DNA from: Escherichia phage vB_EcoM_KWBSE43-6
Sequence record: NC_048186.1
DNA length: 64,000 bases
Direction: 5' to 3' (one strand)
Shown piece by piece: positions 55,750 through 64,000 of the stretch; position 1 is the stretch's first letter; each line of letters starts with the position of its first letter. The notes under the pieces are model-generated. The model saw nothing but the letters and a program-made list of their open reading frames with translations, was not told the origin of the DNA and made no database searches. The position numbers were made by a program, and so were the translations under genes.

Positions 55750-56093
55750 TGCGTGCGAAAAAGTCGACTATCATTATCGTCTACCTGATTTTGGTCTCTG
55801 TCTTTGGTTTATGGGCAAACCATGCATTGGCGGTCCCGGCCAACAATCTGAACAAATGTGCTGCATGGTTGTCTACTTATCAACAATTTCATCCTGACGA
55901 TAAAGATACTTCCATTTTGCTTTCCGATTTTGAAGGTGAAATGAAACGTTTGGACCAGTACAGTACTGACCAGATTGAGAATGCTCTGGATTTACCGATG
56001 ATGGATTCCGCAGCAGATAACAGTCACCAAACTGCCGTAGACCTGTCATATTGCCGTGAGATTGCGATTAACTTTACCCGTAATCAAAAATAA
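55746..56093 (+). CDS. secreted or membrane-anchored protein, 115 aa
   Basis: ATGA overlap; N-terminal KKSTIIIVYLILVSVFGLWANHALA signal/anchor. Confidence 0.55.
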   Translation: MMRAKKSTIIIVYLILVSVFGLWANHALAVPANNLNKCAAWLSTYQQFHPDDKDTSILLSDFEGEMKRLDQYSTDQIENALDLPMMDSAADNSHQTAVDLSYCREIAINFTRNQK

Positions 56094-56142
56094 AATCGGG
56101 TTAAAATTTAGGCTCTAATTGAAAATGACCGGAGTACTTTAA

Positions 56143-56883
56143 ATGACCGATAACGAAATTGCCCAGATCATTAAGCAGCATTCCCGTTTTGCTCCGAATG
56201 CTGCTAATGTCATCATAGTACACAAAGACGGACGTGTATTCTTTGCTGAAAAGTTTGAGCAAGGGAGCCAGTTCTGGGATGCGAGCACGATGCTTCCACG
56301 TACCTTACAAGGTATCATCTACTCCTGTTCTCTGGTGGCGAAGCGGAGCGATGCCGGTCATTGGGTTGGCGTTAATGATCTCGGTGGCATTATGGGTGGG
56401 AAAGAATATCCGACCAAACGCTCCCCGCCGCCTTATGTCAAAGAACAGATGTCCAAGATTACCAATCGTCCAAGGCCGACCCCGAAAGAACCGAAAGTCG
56501 AAGTCGTTCCTGCAACGGCGGTAGAAACAAAACCAGCCAAAAAGGATACTGATTGGCGTTCTGGATTTATCGGGGTTAAAGAATTGGATCGCGAACGTAA
56601 TCCTCGCAATCATCCATTGTTCGTGTCAATACGGACTGATGGTAAAATCATCCTGAGCAAAGGTCTTCTGGATAAAATCGATGGTAATTTTGATTTTCTG
56701 GTGTCTAAGGATCGGAAGGTCATTGCCCTGGTGAAAAACGGTTCTATGTATAATATGAACAAATCGGGGAATTACTCTCACAAAGGTCTGCCCAAGTATC
56801 TCAAGTTCCCAGAAGATTCCGGCACAGTTCGAATCTATATGGATTGGGACCAAGAAAAGAACGCATTTATCGGCAGTCTATAA
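56143..56883 (+). CDS. hypothetical protein, 246 aa, two domains joined by Pro/Lys-rich linker
   Basis: ATG 56143 after CCGGAG; internal linker PPPYVKEQMSKITNRPRPTPKEPKVEVVP. Confidence 0.55.
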   Translation: MTDNEIAQIIKQHSRFAPNAANVIIVHKDGRVFFAEKFEQGSQFWDASTMLPRTLQGIIYSCSLVAKRSDAGHWVGVNDLGGIMGGKEYPTKRSPPPYVKEQMSKITNRPRPTPKEPKVEVVPATAVETKPAKKDTDWRSGFIGVKELDRERNPRNHPLFVSIRTDGKIILSKGLLDKIDGNFDFLVSKDRKVIALVKNGSMYNMNKSGNYSHKGLPKYLKFPEDSGTVRIYMDWDQEKNAFIGSL

Positions 56884-56930
56884 TATCGGGGCGGTTATAA
56901 TGACCGCCTCTTTGATTTGAAGGAATTATT

Positions 56931-57641
56931 ATGCACAATGTAACAAAACTCTATCCGATCATTATCGGGGCCGATCAAGGGCACCTGCATTTATCTGAAC
57001 CCTCATATATCGCCTACGCCCGCGCCGGGGGATCTCGGTATGTATATTGTGAACATGACCATGGGCGTGGTACAGGCATCCTTCACTATACGGTGAACGA
57101 CACTACAATGGTCCCTCTGGCCCCAGAAGACGTTGTGTTGGCCCGGCGCATTTACATTGAATTTAATGCCATGCACAACAACGAAATAGACGCTCGTTAT
57201 CATGCCATGCGTTCTATGGAGGGGCGAGACTGTATTTATCGTATTGATCATTTTTCTGAATTTAGCCAGTCTATAGATTGGTTCATTTCTGACAAGATCT
57301 TGGGTGAAAGGATCATCACAACTCCTTGGGCGCATGCCGAACAACTTCGTGTCTCCACAGACGCATACAAAGAAGTTGATACCCTGTGCAACAAATTCCG
57401 CATTTCTGTAACCTGCAACCAGGACCTGGGTGAAGAGATACAATGGAAAGCGCAGTCCCCACATTTTAGTGATATGGAAATGTGGGCTGAAACCCGTTCC
57501 CGTGCTGTTGTTCAATTAGTTCTGTGGGCATTCTACCAGCGCACCCCATTCTCTTACATGGGACAGAAAACGATTGGTGAAATTCTGAAATCTCATAAAG
57601 TAGAGATTGTTGAAGATTTAATGGGTTGGAGCACATTATGA
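56931..57641 (+). CDS. hypothetical protein, 236 aa
   Basis: ATG 56931 after GAAGGA. Confidence 0.55.
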   Translation: MHNVTKLYPIIIGADQGHLHLSEPSYIAYARAGGSRYVYCEHDHGRGTGILHYTVNDTTMVPLAPEDVVLARRIYIEFNAMHNNEIDARYHAMRSMEGRDCIYRIDHFSEFSQSIDWFISDKILGERIITTPWAHAEQLRVSTDAYKEVDTLCNKFRISVTCNQDLGEEIQWKAQSPHFSDMEMWAETRSRAVVQLVLWAFYQRTPFSYMGQKTIGEILKSHKVEIVEDLMGWSTL

Positions 57642-57871
57642 GCATGCTATTTGATGTCTATTTGGTCCATTTCGTTGCCAGTCAATCCCAAACAACTTTC
57701 CTAGTTTTGTTGCCTTCTGGCAAAGGTATGAGCCTTGATGACATATCCACTTTAGAAAATCAATTCTACGAACGTTGTCATGATCTTGGGTATTTGGTTA
57801 ATTTCAATAAATTGACGGACGAGATCACTGCCGAAGAACATGACCAACTCCATCTTTTTTTCCAATTTTGA
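57638..57871 (+). CDS. hypothetical protein, 77 aa
   Basis: ATGA overlap with upstream stop. Confidence 0.45.
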   Translation: MSMLFDVYLVHFVASQSQTTFLVLLPSGKGMSLDDISTLENQFYERCHDLGYLVNFNKLTDEITAEEHDQLHLFFQF

Positions 57872-57894
57872 ATTACAACAGATTAGAGGCAAAC

Positions 57895-58221
57895 ATGAGC
57901 AGCCGTATTTTTGATCTAAAATTCCGCGTTTGGCACGTTCCTCAGGTGCCGGGGAAAATGTTTACAGTTGAAGTCCCGACGTATGCTGAAGCTGAACGTT
58001 TGAAATCGTCGCTGGCTGATTATGATCTGTTCCAGTATGAGAACAACATCAAACCCGATTATTGCAATGCCAGCGGTATTCAGATTTATCAACACGACCT
58101 ATGTGACGCCGAGTTGATCGAAATGGGCCTTGAAGATCGTTGGGTGGATATCGAGGATGACCAAGATCTACAGGATTATCTGGATCATATTCGTTCTACT
58201 GGTTGGGAAATAAAATCATGA
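57895..58221 (+). CDS. hypothetical protein, 108 aa, acidic
   Basis: ATG 57895 after AGAGG. Confidence 0.5.
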   Translation: MSSRIFDLKFRVWHVPQVPGKMFTVEVPTYAEAERLKSSLADYDLFQYENNIKPDYCNASGIQIYQHDLCDAELIEMGLEDRWVDIEDDQDLQDYLDHIRSTGWEIKS

Positions 58222-58532
58222 CCATGATCAGTTCTTATATCGTTCAAAAAGGTGATACCCTTATGGGGATCTGTATGAAATTTTATTCAGATCCCTATAT
58301 GTATTCAGATATAGCGAAGTACAACAATATCATTGATCCGAACAAAATTTGCGTCGGCCAGCTGATTAAATTCCCCCGGCCTGTCAATGACCCACAAACA
58401 GTCGTTATCCCGGTAGAACCCACTCAGAAATGTTTGGATGCTATTGCAGGCTTATTCCAGGAAGGATTTTGTGATGGTCGTATAGAAAGAGATATTTATG
58501 CCGTCATAGTGAGTTCGGCTCTGAACCAATAA
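58218..58532 (+). CDS. LysM domain protein, 104 aa
   Basis: YIVQKGDTLMGICMKFYSDPYMYSDIAKYNNIIDPNKICVGQLIKFP fits LysM consensus. Confidence 0.6.
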   Translation: MTMISSYIVQKGDTLMGICMKFYSDPYMYSDIAKYNNIIDPNKICVGQLIKFPRPVNDPQTVVIPVEPTQKCLDAIAGLFQEGFCDGRIERDIYAVIVSSALNQ

Positions 58533-58648
58533 TTTATTGGGAATCGGCAAATAAGTGCTTTATTCAATAATTTTTGTTAGGTAAGCTGTAATCCTCTTGT
58601 AGTGAACACAGAAGTAAACATTAACATAAACCAACTGGAGTAATCCGA

Positions 58649-58927
58649 ATGAATCGTCAAGATTTTATCGCACATATCGCCCAAACTCAGGGTGTGACCA
58701 AAACCGAAGCTGAAAAAACTGTCGCGTCCTTTATCGCTGGTATCAACTCTGCCGTCGCTGCTGGCCAATCCGTTCAACTCGTCGGATTCGGCACCTTCGA
58801 AGTGAAACATCAGGAAGCCCGCGCTGGCCGCAACCCGCTGACCGGGGCTGCGCTGACCATCGAAGCGAAAAATGTCGTCAAATTCAAGGTCGGCGAAACT
58901 CTGAAAAACGTCGCCAACGGCAAATAA
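58649..58927 (+). CDS. HU/IHF-family DNA-binding protein
   Basis: GFGTFEVKHQEARAGRNPLTGAALTIEAKNVVKFKVGETLK matches HU beta-arm signature. Confidence 0.8.
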   Translation: MNRQDFIAHIAQTQGVTKTEAEKTVASFIAGINSAVAAGQSVQLVGFGTFEVKHQEARAGRNPLTGAALTIEAKNVVKFKVGETLKNVANGK

Positions 58928-58976
58928 AACAAATTCGGCCAGTACCAGGCGCACTGCGCAGGCAGGTACAAAGAGG

Positions 58977-59003
58977 AAGCCGGGGATTACCCCGGCTTTT
59001 TCG
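58977..59003 (+). terminator. rho-independent terminator
   Basis: AAGCCGGGG atta CCCCGGCTT TTTCGTTCTT. Confidence 0.65.
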
Positions 59004-59052
59004 TTCTTGGGATTCGGGTAAACTATACTGACACCCCCAAAGGAGAAATCAA

Positions 59053-60774
59053 GTGACAGCATTTAACCAGCATGCCAAAGCGCTGGATACTCTTCGCAGA
59101 GAAATACCTATAGAAGAAATCCAGAAATTGGCCGAACAATATTTTCCATATGACCACGCCAACCCCGGCCAAATGGAATGTATTGTTGAAGCCATAGATG
59201 CGTTGGCCAATAAGAAATTCAAACACGTGATTATCGAAGCTCCTACCGGAGTCGGTAAATCCCTCATCGGCACAACTATCCATCAGGTGTTGCGCCATCT
59301 TGTGCTTGAAGCAAACCCTTATGGCCAATTCCGTACATCCATTTCCACGCCGACCAAAGGTCTACAAGATCAATATGCGGCTGAAAAAGCTGTTGCTATC
59401 GATATCCTGAAAGGCAAGAAGAATTATCGCTGCCATATGCATCCGGATATCTATTACAACGCAGTGCAATGCCGTATCGCTTGCCGGGATGGGCATTGTA
59501 GTAAGAGGCGTTGCCCCTATGTCCAGGCCCGTAATCTCTGGACCAACATCTCTTCATTACGCTGCACAAACGCAGCCATGATGATAGAAATGTGCACCAC
59601 CATTTGTATGAAGCCAGAAAACCGGGCCGACATGCTTATTTTGGATGAGTGCCATAAAATGCCCTCTACACTCCTAGACCATACGATCATGGAATACAAT
59701 ACGAAGGTATTGGAAGGACTGAGATCGTTGCCTCAGGGGAAGGATATCGTCCAGGCAGTGGTTGAGATCGTTTCCCATTGCAAAGACTATGAATTGGGCA
59801 AGCTGTATTCCCTTGATGGTTATCTGTTCGACCGTTTTGTAGACTTGTTAGGAAAGGTGGAAGCCATTTTAACAGAACTGCATGAACTCGTCGAAGATGA
59901 CCGCCTGACCGAAGCCCAGGTAATGAAGCTGGCCGATATTATCGACATCCTCCACAACCTATCTGACTATTGTGGTATCATGTCACAGACCCAGGCGAGT
60001 ACATTCATTGTACAGGAGAAAGGAGAAGAATTCATCCGCTTCAAACCTGTTATGGCATCGGATGTGTCTGAATTCGGGCTTTTCCGCAAAGCCGATTATC
60101 ACGTACATATGTCTGCAACCATCTGTGGAATTGATGCGTATGCTCGCTCCTTGGGTATTCGTCCTGGGCAGTACCATAAGATACAGATAGGAAACCCAAT
60201 CCCGATTGAGAATCGCAAAGTCAATTACATGCCGGTTATGAAAATGACCAACAATATGGGTGACTATGAGATGCGTCAGCTGGCCGGGTTTGTTGACGAG
60301 ATCATACAATTCCATCAAGGCCAGTCTGGCATCATTCATACGGTGAGTTATGACCGGGCGCTGGCGATACAGAAGTTCAGCAAATATCGGAACATCATCC
60401 ACGTACCCAGGACCCGTAAGGCTCTGATGGAACTGATGGATAATGCTTTCCGTACGAAGACGCCGTGCATCATCGCCAGCCCGGCTATGGAAGAAGGATA
60501 TGACTTCAAAGGGGATTATAGTCGTTTCCAGATTCTTATCAAGGTGCCATATGATTACCTTGGTGACCCATTAGTTGCGCATATCAACTCTGTGGATCCA
60601 TCGGCGTATTTCCGGAATGCCATACTGCGTATCATACAAATGTGTGGGCGTTCGGTCAGGGGCGTGAACGACTGGGCCGCGACATACATCCTGGATTCTT
60701 CCTTTGAATCCTTGATGATGCGCAACCCAGAGTTCTTTCCAACTTGGTTTACCGAGGCAGTATTTGAAGTTTAA
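59053..60774 (+). CDS. DinG/Rad3(XPD)-family helicase, 573 aa
   Basis: GTG start with AAAGGAGA SD; Walker A EAPTGVGKSL, DECH box, Cys cluster CRIACRDGHCSKRRCPY. Confidence 0.8.
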   Translation: MTAFNQHAKALDTLRREIPIEEIQKLAEQYFPYDHANPGQMECIVEAIDALANKKFKHVIIEAPTGVGKSLIGTTIHQVLRHLVLEANPYGQFRTSISTPTKGLQDQYAAEKAVAIDILKGKKNYRCHMHPDIYYNAVQCRIACRDGHCSKRRCPYVQARNLWTNISSLRCTNAAMMIEMCTTICMKPENRADMLILDECHKMPSTLLDHTIMEYNTKVLEGLRSLPQGKDIVQAVVEIVSHCKDYELGKLYSLDGYLFDRFVDLLGKVEAILTELHELVEDDRLTEAQVMKLADIIDILHNLSDYCGIMSQTQASTFIVQEKGEEFIRFKPVMASDVSEFGLFRKADYHVHMSATICGIDAYARSLGIRPGQYHKIQIGNPIPIENRKVNYMPVMKMTNNMGDYEMRQLAGFVDEIIQFHQGQSGIIHTVSYDRALAIQKFSKYRNIIHVPRTRKALMELMDNAFRTKTPCIIASPAMEEGYDFKGDYSRFQILIKVPYDYLGDPLVAHINSVDPSAYFRNAILRIIQMCGRSVRGVNDWAATYILDSSFESLMMRNPEFFPTWFTEAVFEV

Positions 60775-61538
60775 TAACCAGCAATAAATGACAGGCGACA
60801 TTTGAGATTCGGTGCCAGGGATGTCAGGGATATGATCATATCATCGCTGTCCATACTGTACTCAATTGTCGCCAGTTGCTGGGTTTGAACATTGTTGTAT
60901 TCACTGTAGATCAAGTCCTCACCACGGAAACCGATTTTTCCATCTGTATCTTGCCAATGACCTTGTGTTTTGTCATAAACATGGACACGGAATTCTACCA
61001 TATGGAAAAGCGCTTTCGGTATACTTTTCAATATACTGGTGCCGACGACTGGGATCTCAATATTGGCATCATTGGCCCCGCCTTCATAAACTGGCGCCCA
61101 ATTGAATATAGGATCACCACCAGCGACCGGAGTCCTTTTCCAATATTGGAATTCCGGGTTCCCTGAATCGTTTTTCTGCAACAATATGACTTCACCACCT
61201 GTAAAATTGGTGGTATCAATATCGTCTCGTGCCAAGATATCTGCCGGGGAACCGATAAATTTCCAGCCATCACGATCCAATAATGACTTATAATAGTCTG
61301 TGAAAACGTTGCTGTCGCCAGCATTGTTGATTGCGTCTTTGAGACCTTCTCCTGTGACCATCTCATTGACTTTCAACCACATGTTTTTGACCGCAGACGC
61401 TGCCGCAACCTGGCCTGGTGTACCGCCTGCAGCGTAGTCATAGATGATGTCTACATTCTGTATTGCGGTCTGTATGGACAGGAGAAGTCGTTCAATTTCA
61501 GCTGCGGTTAAACTGAAACGATAAGAACGTTCAGCCAT
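60771..61538 (-). CDS. hypothetical protein, 255 aa, opposite orientation
   Basis: Minus ATG 61536-61538 with GAGGA 8 nt upstream; stop overlaps helicase stop by 4 nt. Confidence 0.5.
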   Translation of the reverse strand: MAERSYRFSLTAAEIERLLLSIQTAIQNVDIIYDYAAGGTPGQVAAASAVKNMWLKVNEMVTGEGLKDAINNAGDSNVFTDYYKSLLDRDGWKFIGSPADILARDDIDTTNFTGGEVILLQKNDSGNPEFQYWKRTPVAGGDPIFNWAPVYEGGANDANIEIPVVGTSILKSIPKALFHMVEFRVHVYDKTQGHWQDTDGKIGFRGEDLIYSEYNNVQTQQLATIEYSMDSDDMIISLTSLAPNLKCRLSFIAGY

Positions 61539-61579
61539 AATAATGTCCTCATGATAAACAAGTTTGGAGTATTTATATC

Positions 61580-62119
61580 GTGATTGAAATTTACACTGAC
61601 GGCGCTTCATCGCCACAGACCACACAAGCGGCGGGATGGGCCTTTGCAGTCAGCCCGATTTCTGGCGGGGCACAATGGAACGTATTCTATGGTTATTTGC
61701 CACCGCCTTCCACAAATAATATAGCAGAACTCTTGGGCGTTATTAATGCTCTGAAACTCCTTTGGAAATTTTCGGGTTGTGGTGAGCGTAATATTCCCAA
61801 AGCGACGATTATATCCGACAGCCAGTATGTCATCAATAGTGCCACCAAATGGCGTTCGAAATGGGAATATGAGGGTATGCCTCCCAAAAATACTGAATTG
61901 CTTCTTGATTTGTTCAATATGTATGACAAAGTTTGTTCAATTTGTGAACTTGAACTAAAATGGGTCAAAGGTCATGCGGGTACAATCGGCAACGAAATTG
62001 CGGATCAGTGGAGTGTCCGGGCCAAAGAAAATAGCAGTATGGTCCTGGAAAACGAACGATTTCGCGTCAAGAAAGTAGTCGGTTCATTCAATCAATTTAT
62101 CGGTATCTCTGAGGGTTAG
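61580..62119 (+). CDS. ribonuclease HI (RNase H type 1)
   Basis: IEIYTDGAS, TNNIAELLG, ISDSQYV, WVKGHAGTIGNEIADQ reproduce the D-E-D-H-D catalytic pattern of E. coli RNase HI. Confidence 0.8.
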   Translation: MIEIYTDGASSPQTTQAAGWAFAVSPISGGAQWNVFYGYLPPPSTNNIAELLGVINALKLLWKFSGCGERNIPKATIISDSQYVINSATKWRSKWEYEGMPPKNTELLLDLFNMYDKVCSICELELKWVKGHAGTIGNEIADQWSVRAKENSSMVLENERFRVKKVVGSFNQFIGISEG

Positions 62120-62122
62120 ATC

Positions 62123-62893
62123 ATGGGCATGAATTTCGTAGACAGAGGGGAAAACGTCACCAAATATTTCACTGACGAAGACAATGAGCGTGTCATCGCA
62201 ATATTACGTGACTGGATACCCGGAAGGAAAAAGGCGATAGCCGAAGGGAAGCCCCTACCCAAGATTCCGAATTATGTGGCCGCCAAAGTTCATATGATCA
62301 TCCACAAAATGAGTACCCGCTACAACTACAGAGATTATCCTTTCCGTGAAGATATGGTGAGCGATGCCGTCGCCAATATCCTTCGATATTTGCATACCTT
62401 CGATGTCAGCCATGTTGGAAAGAAAGGGAAGATCAATTTCTTCTCTTGGGTGACCATGTGTGCTGACCGTTCATTCGCCCGCAAATTGACCATCGAAGAA
62501 GAACACACATATATCAAATTGCGTTCGTTCGAAGACGCGGGCGGATTTGCTGCGTTCAGTGATGATCCAGACTTCCAGCCTCAGACATTTGTTGACAACA
62601 CTGGGATCACAATGGATTTTCGTGAGCGGATAGGTCACTTCGAAAATAAGAAAGAATCCCAGCGTGAAAAGGAAAGACAAAAACAAGCCGACCTCAAAGA
62701 AGACGAAAAGAATAAAAAGATTCCAAAAGGTATACTTCAATGTCTCCGTGGACCGCAAAATAATGCTACCGCACAGGCCGAAGATGATTCAGAACAAGAC
62801 TTCGGCAAAACCCAATTCAGCCTTGAAGAAATAATGGATAGCCCTACACTGCTATCCGAATTATCAGGAGAAAAGAATAATGGCGATTGCTAA
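62123..62893 (+). CDS. gp55: late-transcription sigma factor gp55-like, with long acidic/basic C-terminal extension
   Basis: N-terminal 130 aa resemble remembered T4 gp55; immediately upstream of gp47 as in T4. Confidence 0.6.
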   Translation: MGMNFVDRGENVTKYFTDEDNERVIAILRDWIPGRKKAIAEGKPLPKIPNYVAAKVHMIIHKMSTRYNYRDYPFREDMVSDAVANILRYLHTFDVSHVGKKGKINFFSWVTMCADRSFARKLTIEEEHTYIKLRSFEDAGGFAAFSDDPDFQPQTFVDNTGITMDFRERIGHFENKKESQREKERQKQADLKEDEKNKKIPKGILQCLRGPQNNATAQAEDDSEQDFGKTQFSLEEIMDSPTLLSELSGEKNNGDC

Positions 62894-63998
62894 GATCGGC
62901 GATTTACACATCGGGAGCCGTAATGGATCTCGTTATGTTCGTGACTTCATTAAGAATTATCTCATCAACTATTTCATTCCTGAACTCGTTGATGCCGATA
63001 TCAAAGAAGTCTGGCAATTCGGCGACACATTTGACGTCCGTAAATTCATGTATGGGCGCGACAAAGATTGGCTAAAAGATGAGTTGGCCCCGGCTCTGCG
63101 TGCTGCTGGTATCAAGTGGAACGGTCTTGTCGGCAACCATGACATCACTCTGGAAGAATCTAACCGCATCAACTGGCCTTCTTACCTTGTCGATATGGCC
63201 CCGGATGTGTTCACCTATTACTCCGAACCGACGGAAGTTATGGTCGAGGGCAAAAAAGTCCTGGTGCTTCCGTGGATCAACAAAGAGAATTACAATGCAT
63301 CTATTAAAGCATTACAAGATACAGACGCCAAGTACTGTTTTGCGCATCTGGAGTTGGCAGGGTTCAAAATGTACCAATCATCTGTTTGTGATCACGGTCA
63401 GATCGACGTTGCATTGCTTTCCAAATTTAACCGGGTCGACACGGGGCATTTTCATACCCGTTCGATGGAAGGTAACATTCAGTATCTGGGAACGCCATAC
63501 CATCTGACATGGGAAGACCACAAAGACGGGGATAACCGTGGATTCTACGTGGACGACCTGACTGAAGGTGGTGAGCTGTTCATCCCCAACAACGCCAGCC
63601 AAACTCTATTCCGGTATGTGGAATATGATTACACCAAACTGTCATCTGATGACGAAGGTAATTGGATCGATCCGGAATGGCTAAACACCAAGTTGGGTAT
63701 TGAAGGACAGATCGTTAAGATTATCGTAACCAATCGTGATAATTCTAAGCATTACGAGAAGTTCTGTGATGCGATGAAGCGCTGTAAATGTATTGACTAC
63801 AACTTCATCGATAAGACCGTGACTGTTTCGGCTGAAAAGGTTGAAGTCACCGAAGAAATGATCGCGACCGATGCTGTGGAAGTTCTGAAGAATGATATCC
63901 GCGCTGCTGACAATATCCAGCGCCCAGAATCGGTCTGTAAACTGGCCGAAGCATTCTATACAGCCGCCCAACAACGTCTTAATACTCTGGATGCATAA
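62880..63998 (+). CDS. gp47: recombination endonuclease subunit gp47 (Mre11/SbcD-like metallophosphoesterase)
   Basis: GDLHIG, GDTFD, GNHD phosphoesterase motifs; overlaps gp55 end by 14 nt. Confidence 0.8.
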   Translation: MAIAKIGDLHIGSRNGSRYVRDFIKNYLINYFIPELVDADIKEVWQFGDTFDVRKFMYGRDKDWLKDELAPALRAAGIKWNGLVGNHDITLEESNRINWPSYLVDMAPDVFTYYSEPTEVMVEGKKVLVLPWINKENYNASIKALQDTDAKYCFAHLELAGFKMYQSSVCDHGQIDVALLSKFNRVDTGHFHTRSMEGNIQYLGTPYHLTWEDHKDGDNRGFYVDDLTEGGELFIPNNASQTLFRYVEYDYTKLSSDDEGNWIDPEWLNTKLGIEGQIVKIIVTNRDNSKHYEKFCDAMKRCKCIDYNFIDKTVTVSAEKVEVTEEMIATDAVEVLKNDIRAADNIQRPESVCKLAEAFYTAAQQRLNTLDA

Positions 63999-64000
63999 CG

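Noticed and set aside
1-64000. tRNA, rRNA and CRISPR array scan
   Set aside because: No GTTCRANYC T-loop with cloverleaf context, no rRNA-like block and no regularly spaced direct repeats were found by eye; intergenic gaps are short except 41477-41790, which has no tRNA features.

Overview
This 64 kb window is a contiguous, almost entirely plus-strand-coding segment of a T4-like myovirus genome. Its receptor-binding module (four large beta-helix tail-spike genes in a row, two sharing an N-terminal anchor module) resembles the branched tail-spike complexes of Ackermannviridae-type phages. All calls rest on reading the six-frame translations by eye and on remembered T4 protein sequences; no database search was run. 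Order 5'->3': a fiber gene fragment and four tail-spike genes (1-12.1 kb), a 1612-aa structural protein, neck gp13/gp14, gp15, terminase small and large subunits, tail sheath gp18, a free-standing GIY-YIG endonuclease gene, tail tube gp19, portal gp20, prohead core proteins, protease gp21, scaffold gp22 and major capsid gp23. Downstream lies an early/middle-type region of small genes with their own promoter-like elements and hairpins, then a recombination/replication block (UvsY-like, PD-(D/E)xK nuclease, UvsW, clamp gp45, clamp loader gp44/gp62, RegA), a MazG-like NTPase, DenV, an HU-like protein, a DinG-like helicase, RNase HI, late sigma gp55 and gp47. The strongest findings are a 159-aa mini-intein in the terminase Walker A motif, a perfect 55-bp tandem duplication that frameshifts a vWA-domain gene, three palindromes that place a late-promoter box and the start region of a late gene in one hairpin, an acyl-carrier-protein homolog lacking the phosphopantetheine serine, and a stand-alone SLOG-like protein. 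No rRNA, tRNA or CRISPR array was seen. T4 synteny is broken at two expected places: no gp24 after gp23 and no DNA polymerase after regA. Functions of about 35 small ORFs remain unknown.
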